From contig CAVRUH010000001.1 in assembly GCA_963724325.1 (NCBI GenBank), positions 480,001 to 544,000 on the forward strand: a DNA stretch of 64,000 nt, in the 5' to 3' direction. Source of the DNA: Waddliaceae bacterium (GTDB taxonomy: Bacteria; Chlamydiota; Chlamydiia; Chlamydiales; Waddliaceae). The position numbers and the translations under genes were made by a program. This document shows, in pieces, positions 8,977-17,015 of the stretch (position 1 is the first letter of the stretch; the number at the start of each line of letters is the position of its first letter). Below the pieces are notes generated by a model that had not been told where the DNA came from, did no database searches, and saw nothing but the letters and a program-made list of their open reading frames with translations.

Positions 8977-10659
8977 TTATTGACCTTCATGTTGTTTTAA
9001 CATCTCTTCAATTTTAACTTTTATTGCAGACAGATTGAACGAAGCTGGAGCCTGCATCGGCGGATAATCAAGGGCCGTTAATGCAAGCTTTTCTACTTCT
9101 TTCTGAACTGTTACAAAACGCCAGAATTCACGTGCGTAGAAATCATTTAAGTATCCTCCACCCATGTTATTTGTGCTCTCACCGCGAGTAGCAGGTGTTC
9201 TTTCGAATGGGTCCTGACGCAGATTTACAATTGTAGGCATGTCAGTAGTAACTTTTTCTCCAGGCCACCCCCAGGGTTGTTGGAAAAACTGAAACTTGAA
9301 GTCATCAATACGGATAGCTCCAAGGTGAGGTCCAGCAAAGTAAAAAACTTCATGACGAGCCGAAGGGGCTTTACCCGTTAGCAGATCAATCTGATTGTAT
9401 CCATCTAAATGATTCTTGTATGTTCGATCTCCAAGCTGAGCGCCCTTAAGCAACTGGCTGATGATATTTGGATTCCCTGCAGCAGCGACAAGGGTTGGGA
9501 ACCAGTCAAGACCAGAGAATATGCCGTTTTCAACTGCTCCCGCCTTAATTTGACCTGGCCAACGAGCGATGCAGGGGACCCTGAAGCCGCCTTCAAAGAC
9601 CGTACCTTTTGTCGCCCGGAAAGGAGTCATCCCTCCATCGGGCCAAGTGAATACTTCAGCGCCATTGTCAGTTGTAAAAATGACAATGGTATTTTCAGCT
9701 TCACCGATATCTTCGAGGTGTTTTAGGAGCTTACCAACACAATCATCCAGTTCAGCCATGCCAGCTTCTTCAAGGCCATAGTTGCTCGATGGATTCATCA
9801 TAGCCTGATATTTAGGGGAAAGGTAGGTGAAAACATGCATGCGTGTAGTGTTATGCCATACAAAAAATGGCTTGTTATCTGTCTTTGCCTTGTCCATAAA
9901 TTTACAGGAACTATCGACAAGCACCCCATCAAAAGTCTGCATATCGTATTTTGCTGGACGGCTTACCTGCCAGTTTTGCATGTCCTTCATGTTTGGAAAT
10001 GGAGCCAAAGGACCTTCGTCTACGATCTTTTGTTTTCCAATCTTGCCCCAGCGTGGTTGAACAGTTTGATCGTCATTATCAGTGGCCCAGCAATGCACTA
10101 AATTACGTGGACCAGTTTTTTCAATCCAATCCTGCGGATAGTCAAACCAATAAGGGTCCGACATTGCATCTAGATGATATAGGTATCCAAAAAATTCATC
10201 AAACCCATGGACCGTTGGGAGGTATTTATTTAAGTCGCCGAGGTGATTTTTCCCAAACTGGCCTGTGGCATAACCGAGTTCCTTCAGTGCAGTAGCCAAT
10301 GTACATGCTTGCTCAGGAATGCCAACGTCTGCTCCTGCCTGTCCAACTGTGGTTAAACCTGTTCGTATTGGAAGTTCTCCGGTAATAAAGTTTGCTCTTC
10401 CCGCAGTACAGCTAGCTTCGGCGTAGTAGTCAGTAAACCGAACTCCTTCCTTGGCAAGTTTATCTATATTCGGTGTCTTGCCCGACATAATGCCTTGGTG
10501 GTAAGCGCCAATATTGAACCAGCCAACGTCATCACCCATAATGACGAGAATGTTCGGTTTCTTTTTATTCTTTTGCTTGGCTGAATCATCAGCACTGAAA
10601 AGCGGAATCGCGCCAATCAGCATAACCATAATGCATTGAAAGAATTTATCCCAAACCAT
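8977..10659 (-). CDS. Secreted arylsulfatase (Cys-type)
   Basis: Signal peptide; KPNILVIMGDDVG, SCTAGRA (CxAxR), GKNHLG, TDNG. Confidence 0.93.
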   Translation of the reverse strand: MVWDKFFQCIMVMLIGAIPLFSADDSAKQKNKKKPNILVIMGDDVGWFNIGAYHQGIMSGKTPNIDKLAKEGVRFTDYYAEASCTAGRANFITGELPIRTGLTTVGQAGADVGIPEQACTLATALKELGYATGQFGKNHLGDLNKYLPTVHGFDEFFGYLYHLDAMSDPYWFDYPQDWIEKTGPRNLVHCWATDNDDQTVQPRWGKIGKQKIVDEGPLAPFPNMKDMQNWQVSRPAKYDMQTFDGVLVDSSCKFMDKAKTDNKPFFVWHNTTRMHVFTYLSPKYQAMMNPSSNYGLEEAGMAELDDCVGKLLKHLEDIGEAENTIVIFTTDNGAEVFTWPDGGMTPFRATKGTVFEGGFRVPCIARWPGQIKAGAVENGIFSGLDWFPTLVAAAGNPNIISQLLKGAQLGDRTYKNHLDGYNQIDLLTGKAPSARHEVFYFAGPHLGAIRIDDFKFQFFQQPWGWPGEKVTTDMPTIVNLRQDPFERTPATRGESTNNMGGGYLNDFYAREFWRFVTVQKEVEKLALTALDYPPMQAPASFNLSAIKVKIEEMLKQHEGQ

Positions 10660-10743
10660 ACAGCACCATCCTCTTTAAAACATTTTTTCTATTTAATTCA
10701 GAGATATGATAAAGATATAATTATTGTCGAGAATTTTACTTGT

Positions 10744-11706
10744 ATGAATGAAAAAAACAAATTAGAAAGAAAACTATGTCTCCGTTTTGGGTCGTCAGCC
10801 TCTGAAGTGATGTTTGACTATCCATCCAAGTTTTTTCGAGTCCCAGGATGCACAGGCATAATAGCCTATCGCATTGAGTTCGCCTGTGCTATCGTCTTTG
10901 GAGATCCCATATGCCCACAGGATGAAATTCCCAAACTTACGGAGGCTTTTCATCGATTCTGCGATGAATCGAATTTGAATATCATTTACATCATAGTTTC
11001 GGAATCATTTACAAGATGGGCTATGAGTCACGGATACAGCATTTCAATGGAAGTCTGCGAGGAGCTTGTCTTCAACCCTTTACATGACTTGCACCAAGCT
11101 AATAATAAGCTCAAACATAGTTTAGATAAGGCTAAAAGGCATGGTTTGACCATTCACGAATATATTCCTCATAATGCACAAATTGAAAATTCTCTGATGG
11201 ATATAGGAAATAAATGGCAGCAGGCGATTGGGGGCCCTCACCTTTATTTAGGTGATCTTAAATTTTTTGAAAGTTATATAGGCAAACGGTGGATTTATGT
11301 TAAAGACAAAAAACAAATAACAGCAATGGCTATGTTGAGCAAGATAGAATCCCGTCATGGCTGGTTTTTAAAGTACTTTGTCTCATCGCCAGATGCCTAT
11401 TACGACACTTCAGTTTTTTTAATGGATTCTCTTTTAGAAATTCTCAAGAATGAACATTGCCGATTCTTAACGAAAGGAATGGCGCCAATAGACAACTTGG
11501 GAGAAATCAAGGGTTTTAATACAATAACCAAATGTGCTTCAAAAACTATCTACAAAATAATTAGTACAATTTTTAGATTCAAAAAACGCAAGCTATATTG
11601 GCTTAGGTATAATCCAAAAACAGAACCATCATACCTCATTTTGCGCCGCACTAACGTCGGCCTCAACGAAATAAGAGCGCTAATGAGAGTTTTTAAAGCT
11701 TCGTAA
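10744..11706 (+). CDS. DUF2156 / MprF C-terminal-like aminoacyl-transferase domain protein
   Basis: 'G.IAY....CAIVFGDPIC', 'GMAP', 'NPK.EPSYL'; no N-terminal membrane domain; start moved to ATG 10744 to avoid overlapping the sulfatase. Confidence 0.75.
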   Translation: MNEKNKLERKLCLRFGSSASEVMFDYPSKFFRVPGCTGIIAYRIEFACAIVFGDPICPQDEIPKLTEAFHRFCDESNLNIIYIIVSESFTRWAMSHGYSISMEVCEELVFNPLHDLHQANNKLKHSLDKAKRHGLTIHEYIPHNAQIENSLMDIGNKWQQAIGGPHLYLGDLKFFESYIGKRWIYVKDKKQITAMAMLSKIESRHGWFLKYFVSSPDAYYDTSVFLMDSLLEILKNEHCRFLTKGMAPIDNLGEIKGFNTITKCASKTIYKIISTIFRFKKRKLYWLRYNPKTEPSYLILRRTNVGLNEIRALMRVFKAS

Positions 11707-11715
11707 TTCCAAAAA

Positions 11716-13083
11716 TTATCCAAAAATCTCAGCCGCAGTAGCACGTAGGCCCTGTTTTATGATGTCGTTCATTTCAATCTTGGAGGGACAAACGAATGTT
11801 GGAAGGGCAAAATCTTCGCTGTCAACCTCTAATAAGCCAAGTTCTTGAGCACGATCATAATCTTCAGCCATGACAGCCTTCACTAAGGTCATTGTAGAAA
11901 TATTTAAGGGCATCACTTTGTCGTATAGAGAACCATCAATAAATGCTCTCTCCTCACCATGCAGACTCGTAGTGAAATCAAAAGAACGTCCTGCTGTGCT
12001 CAAATGCCCCGAAACATAGGCTCCACTCATTGAATACTTATCTGCTCCCAAACGAAAAAAATGGAGAAATTCCCGTTGATTATTTTCAGGTATGGCACAA
12101 AATGCATAGTGGCCATATCCCAGGAAATCGGTAGTTGAAACCTGCCTGCCCATCAGGGGGTCACCAGAGACAAGTCTTAGCGGCACATTTTTAAGCCTAT
12201 TTTTACAAATAATACTGATTGATAAACCGTCCCTAATCCTAAAATAGCCCGTTTGTTCGGGAAGGATTCCAGGACCGCCGATGCCAATCACTTTGTGAAT
12301 ATGTACCTTCCCGGTGGTGAGCAAGTTTCCAATGCAAACAACGTCGTGAGCTGTTAAAGTCCAAATAGTATCCTCAAAGTCAATTACAGGATCTATTTCT
12401 TGAATATGCAGAGAATAATTACTTACAGGATGGGGCCCTTCTACCGTGTGCCTTTCTACATTTTTTGCCTCTACGAAAGCACGGCACGCTGTCTCCTTAG
12501 AATAAACAAGATGGATCTTGCCCGAAGTGAGTTTAGACAATGCCGTCAGTCCAACCTGGAATTCCTTTTCGTGTCCAAGCACCTGAAATTCTGCCGGTGG
12601 AATAAACGGAGCAGACTCGACAGCTTTAATGAAAATATTTCGCGGGGGCTTATGGGGATCTGCCAACTTATTAAAGGGGCGTGAGCGTATTTTTGCAAAA
12701 ATTCCACCAGTTTTAAGTACTTCAATTATCTCTTCGGGCGATGCATGTTCAATATCTAGAGCTCGATGCGGATAATATTGCTCTGTTTGGTCGATTTTTA
12801 TGATCATGTCGAGGAGTCTCCTTTTAAGTCCTCGACGTATTTCTAAAATTGTGCCTGATGCTGGAGAAACAAAGCAACGTCCCAGACAATTTTTGTCCTC
12901 AGCAAGAGGTTGGCCTATTTTTACCTGACTTCCAACTTCCGTTTTAAGCTTGAAATGAATGTCATCGAAAGGTTCAAGATTGAGAGCTACATTTAAAACC
13001 TTTTTTTCAACAAAAGGTTGCGGATTACCGGTTGGGGAGCCGGATATGGGTATGTTGAGACCTTTTTTAATTTTGATGTGCAT
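11716..13083 (-). CDS. nqrA: Na+-translocating NADH:quinone reductase subunit A
   Basis: IKIKKGLNIPISG, GPHP, LGLLEVDSEDFALPTFVCPSK; stand-alone as in chlamydiae. Confidence 0.95.
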   Translation of the reverse strand: MHIKIKKGLNIPISGSPTGNPQPFVEKKVLNVALNLEPFDDIHFKLKTEVGSQVKIGQPLAEDKNCLGRCFVSPASGTILEIRRGLKRRLLDMIIKIDQTEQYYPHRALDIEHASPEEIIEVLKTGGIFAKIRSRPFNKLADPHKPPRNIFIKAVESAPFIPPAEFQVLGHEKEFQVGLTALSKLTSGKIHLVYSKETACRAFVEAKNVERHTVEGPHPVSNYSLHIQEIDPVIDFEDTIWTLTAHDVVCIGNLLTTGKVHIHKVIGIGGPGILPEQTGYFRIRDGLSISIICKNRLKNVPLRLVSGDPLMGRQVSTTDFLGYGHYAFCAIPENNQREFLHFFRLGADKYSMSGAYVSGHLSTAGRSFDFTTSLHGEERAFIDGSLYDKVMPLNISTMTLVKAVMAEDYDRAQELGLLEVDSEDFALPTFVCPSKIEMNDIIKQGLRATAAEIFG

Positions 13084-13087
13084 TGAG

Positions 13088-13123
13088 GCCCTCCTGAATA
13101 CTAAAAAGGTATTCGAAGAGGGC
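13088..13123 (-). promoter_or_regulatory. Hairpin occluding the nqrA Shine-Dalgarno
   Basis: Minus strand gcccucuu-c-gaauac...guauuc-aggagggc, 14 bp including AGGAGG. Confidence 0.5.
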
Positions 13124-13138
13124 TATTTATTGCAATAG

Positions 13139-13525
13139 TTACCCTTTGATCACATGAGTAAGTGCAGCTGCTACTGCAGCTCCAATGAATAAACCAGGTG
13201 CCAAAATAAAGAGGGCAACAAGTACTGATCCTAAGATCAAAGACTTTGGAATGCCCATTTCGTGAATGGTCTGATTTACATTTTTTGCAACTGCCACTAA
13301 CTCGGCACTGTAATAATAACCAGCTACGAGTCCGATAATTACTGCTCCATAGAAGCTATTAAAGAGGATAAGTACGATACCTAGGATTGCCAGAATGTAA
13401 GCAATGGTATCAACAGTGTTGGTTTTTGCATAGCTAACGAGGCTTTCGACTTTTTGATTTTTTTTGAGGGAATCAAGAGTCTCCCCGATCTTGCTTTTTT
13501 GTTCTTCAGGTTTTTGTGCGCTCAT
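13139..13525 (-). CDS. Hypothetical membrane protein (two hydrophobic hairpins)
   Basis: 128 aa, two long hydrophobic segments, GGAG RBS. Confidence 0.7.
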   Translation of the reverse strand: MSAQKPEEQKSKIGETLDSLKKNQKVESLVSYAKTNTVDTIAYILAILGIVLILFNSFYGAVIIGLVAGYYYSAELVAVAKNVNQTIHEMGIPKSLILGSVLVALFILAPGLFIGAAVAAALTHVIKG

Positions 13526-13651
13526 AATAATGCTCCATTAGTTGTTTCTTTTTCCTTATAGGACACTTTTGTCCAAATAAGCAAGAAAAAATTTTACCTA
13601 TATAAAAAATTGTGATACTTATATTATATTGTATCTCTTACTGGAGGAAAA

Positions 13652-13945
13652 ATGAAAAAAATCATATTAACTTTAATCGCATGTTGCTCATTACATGGGT
13701 CGGCATCTGCGGCATTGCCCCCATTATGGCAGAGTGTGGCCGAACTTAAAGCCATTCTCGAAGACAAAAAATTAGGCGAAACTTTGCAGTCTGGAGAATT
13801 TATCACAGAAATTCACCATGTGGAATCAAGTTGGCTCATTATAACAAATTATAACAAGCTACAGATTCAAGTAATCTATAATGAAGCAAAAATGCCCGGC
13901 CCTGCTCAGTTTTCACTAGAATTCGGCCAGGCAGAAAAACTATAG
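13652..13945 (+). CDS. Small secreted hypothetical protein
   Basis: Classic signal peptide (ASA/ALPP), GGAGG RBS. Confidence 0.7.
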   Translation: MKKIILTLIACCSLHGSASAALPPLWQSVAELKAILEDKKLGETLQSGEFITEIHHVESSWLIITNYNKLQIQVIYNEAKMPGPAQFSLEFGQAEKL

Positions 13946-15394
13946 AGAAAATCCAAATAAATCATCCATTGTGAGCTCGATATCGGCTGCGCCGAGTCCA
14001 GCTCCATTTTTTTTTATACCATAAGTTGTGATAAGGGTTAGGAATACACTCTTTTTGGATTTTGTTTTTTCTATAAAAATACTCTTCTTTGATCGCAACT
14101 GTGCAGCATAATCTTTATCGATGATGAATTCATCGTTTGAAAATTTAATTTCGCACAGGTTTATACAGTTGTCAGCTCGATCAATGACTAAATCGATTTG
14201 TGTACCTTTCTCATTTAGATTTAAGGGTCTGTAAATCCATTCAGATTCATTAGTCGTGACTCCGCTAATACCAAGCGCTTGTTTGATTTTTTGAATATGT
14301 TTTAGGCAAAGGCTTTCAAATGCATATCCTGACCAAGCACGGCCAGCAGGTGTGTTGCCTATTTTAAGCCAGAAATTCTCATCGACTCCACTTAGATCGA
14401 TGCTTTTTGCTTGGCTAATCCACTTTAAGTAGAAAAGAGAGTATTCGTCTACGAGTCTATAACGGATATCATACTTTTTTTTGCCATAACTGTTGAAAGG
14501 AGTAATAAATCCAGACTCTTCTAATTCATTTAAAATATTGGTCGTTCCACCTCCCGAAGAAAGACCCGTAGCTTCACATATTTGCTTGATTGTTAGTCCA
14601 CTTGATATTTCGGCTAAAGCCTTCACGACGGTAATGTGACGTGCATGGTGTTCAAATAGTGAGGAATAAAGGTCATCAAATTCTTTAAATAGGGGGCCAT
14701 TAAAGCATAGTTGATTAATAATTTGCAGCGAAGATTGCCCTTTTTCGATAAATGTGAGGTATTTTGCTACGCCTCCTATAGCCATGTATATATTGATGAG
14801 TTGTTTGCGATCTAACAAAACCCCACGATTGGAAAGAAATTTCTCTGTCTCTTGCAGGTCGAAGGGAAGGAGTCGGATTTTCGCTGTTAAACGTCCATGG
14901 AGTCCTCCTCTATCGCGAATTATTTTTTTTATCATCCAAGAAGCAGCAGAGCCGCATACAATGAGAATTACACGATTATCATCAGATATATACCTATTCC
15001 AGAAATGGTCCAGGGCCTGAATAAAGTTAGAGCGAGGCGTCGCAAGCCAAGGTAATTCATCAAAGAAAAAAATGATTCGTTGAGAACTGGTAAGTTGTTC
15101 GATGGCAACTCTGAGTTGATTAAATGCCTCTAACCAATTAGTAGGTGGATTTGTTGGTTGTTTGCCAAAGACACGAGCAAATTCTATAGAAAAATTACGC
15201 AGTTGTTGTCGGAGGGATCCATTTTTTATTCCCGTTAGCTCAAAATAAAGACCTTTTTTCTTAAAAAATTGACGTATTAAGAAAGTTTTACCAATGCGAC
15301 GCCGTCCATAGATAGCCAAAAATTCGGGATGATTCGATTGATAAATTTTACCTAGAATTTTAATCTCTTTTTCTCTAGCAAAAATATTTTCCAT
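13940..15394 (-). CDS. Archaeal-type AAA ATPase with wHTH and C-terminal PD-(D/E)xK-like domain
   Basis: GRRRIGKT, FFDELPW, CGS, QIDLVIDR...CEIK. Confidence 0.9.
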   Translation of the reverse strand: MENIFAREKEIKILGKIYQSNHPEFLAIYGRRRIGKTFLIRQFFKKKGLYFELTGIKNGSLRQQLRNFSIEFARVFGKQPTNPPTNWLEAFNQLRVAIEQLTSSQRIIFFFDELPWLATPRSNFIQALDHFWNRYISDDNRVILIVCGSAASWMIKKIIRDRGGLHGRLTAKIRLLPFDLQETEKFLSNRGVLLDRKQLINIYMAIGGVAKYLTFIEKGQSSLQIINQLCFNGPLFKEFDDLYSSLFEHHARHITVVKALAEISSGLTIKQICEATGLSSGGGTTNILNELEESGFITPFNSYGKKKYDIRYRLVDEYSLFYLKWISQAKSIDLSGVDENFWLKIGNTPAGRAWSGYAFESLCLKHIQKIKQALGISGVTTNESEWIYRPLNLNEKGTQIDLVIDRADNCINLCEIKFSNDEFIIDKDYAAQLRSKKSIFIEKTKSKKSVFLTLITTYGIKKNGAGLGAADIELTMDDLFGFSL

Positions 15395-15415
15395 GATGTG
15401 TCCTCTTTTGCGCTA

Positions 15416-15490
15416 AATATAGCATATATTCCGCGGAATTACAATAAAAATAACATAATTCAGCGAAATATAGGCTATATTTCGCGAAAT
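15416..15490 (-). promoter_or_regulatory. Sigma70-type promoter of the ATPase gene overlapped by three 12-bp palindromes
   Basis: TTGTAA-17-TATATT on minus strand; attccgcggaat (15428), attcagcgaaat (15458), atttcgcgaaat (15479). Confidence 0.6.
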
Positions 15491-15569
15491 TAATTCCATG
15501 GACGAGGAAGAATTCGAATTCTATTTTGCTATTGTTTTGTATATGCCAAATACGGCAATATTATAGTTT

Positions 15570-17015
15570 ATGAATAATATTAGACTGGATTGGATCAATT
15601 ACGCACTTTTCGGCATAATCATTTTTCTTGCCGCGCTTGCACTTCTCTTCACTTTTTTGCGACCATCGCATATTACTGTTGTGGAAAAAGTGTCTGAAAA
15701 AACGAAGCTGCCGCAAAATGCATTCGCTCAGTCCACAGAGAGGTATGAATCTATTGGCCCCCCATTTCTATCTCTTGATTTTTCTCCTATGGCATTGCAG
15801 GTGCCCGATCTAAAAAGATATTTAATCTATTATGGAAGAAATGACCGACCTGATGCAAGCGTAGAGAATATGAAGCTCAATTTCGGGCTCAATGGAGTCA
15901 AAGGTATAGTTTCTGCAAGCATTAAGGAACCAATTTATCTCGTCTATGACAAAAATGATCCAAAGACAAAATATAAATTTAGCCCTGGAAATGCTGTGAC
16001 GACTTTATGGTTTGATGCAACACCAGCAACGATGCCTGGGGATGTCGTGGTAAGTGCTGCGATGACGAATGAGGCAGGAGAAGTTGTGCGGCAGCCTGAG
16101 GCCAATGCCGAATTTAATTTAAAGGAAAAACCACAGCCCCGTGACAACTCTGAGGAGCGAAAAATTGGGGAATTCAGAGTTGATGGGACATTGCTTTCTC
16201 GTCAGGGTGCAAAGTGGTATGGAACTGACAAGTTCATGGAACGTCATGGTGGTGAAGAATATAAAGATTTCATAGGCAAACAGCGAATTGATTTCGGAAC
16301 AGGTGATTCTACTTATTCAGTATATGTAGGCCCAGAAGATGCTCTTGTATGGGTTAATGATCGATGGAAACAGGAGAAACCGAGCAAGGAAACGAGAAAA
16401 TATCCAATGATCGCTATTAATAAGATAGAAGACAGGATCATGAAATTAGACTTCTGGGATGTCGATGGCAGAGGAAAAATGGCATTAAATCTGATTAAGT
16501 CGCAGGAAGCATGGGTTCCACAGAGCATCCAGAAGGAATTTAATTTCATTGGCGCCAGAACGCGCTCTCAGTTTTTGTTTGAAATAAATAATGAAAGAAT
16601 GACACTGAGCCCTTCCGATTGGCTCATTCGTACAGATGAGGGTTGGAAGAAATTAACAACTTCGCAGGAAATTGATGATTATGTTGATAGGCGTATTGTG
16701 GGACCGCTTTTTGTATTCGATGGGGTGGAAAAAATTGATGGAAAGCAGGTGCTTGTCGGTACATTGTTTAACAAAACACGAACAGACATGAAAACAATTG
16801 AGGTTGTCTTGCAACAGGGCGGAGCGCCGATGATGGAAAATAGGGAACCCTCAGAAAAAAGATCTTTGAAACGTTATGAGGAACCAGAGGATTCCGAAGG
16901 TGATGATGAGGATGAGGCAACAATAAAGGAAAAGATTCAAGAAAAGTTAAAAGAAATGCGTGAAATGAGAAATATTAATAGTATACCACCCGAGCCAAGA
17001 GGTAAGAGAGAATGA
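15570..17015 (+). CDS. Chlamydial T2SS-associated membrane protein (first gene of gsp cluster)
   Basis: N-terminal TM helix, overlaps gspD start; position matches chlamydial gsp clusters. Confidence 0.75.
   Translation: MNNIRLDWINYALFGIIIFLAALALLFTFLRPSHITVVEKVSEKTKLPQNAFAQSTERYESIGPPFLSLDFSPMALQVPDLKRYLIYYGRNDRPDASVENMKLNFGLNGVKGIVSASIKEPIYLVYDKNDPKTKYKFSPGNAVTTLWFDATPATMPGDVVVSAAMTNEAGEVVRQPEANAEFNLKEKPQPRDNSEERKIGEFRVDGTLLSRQGAKWYGTDKFMERHGGEEYKDFIGKQRIDFGTGDSTYSVYVGPEDALVWVNDRWKQEKPSKETRKYPMIAINKIEDRIMKLDFWDVDGRGKMALNLIKSQEAWVPQSIQKEFNFIGARTRSQFLFEINNERMTLSPSDWLIRTDEGWKKLTTSQEIDDYVDRRIVGPLFVFDGVEKIDGKQVLVGTLFNKTRTDMKTIEVVLQQGGAPMMENREPSEKRSLKRYEEPEDSEGDDEDEATIKEKIQEKLKEMREMRNINSIPPEPRGKRE

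Noticed and set aside
11716..13083. Orphan nqrA as a sign of a broken operon
   Set aside because: A split nqr operon is the normal chlamydial arrangement
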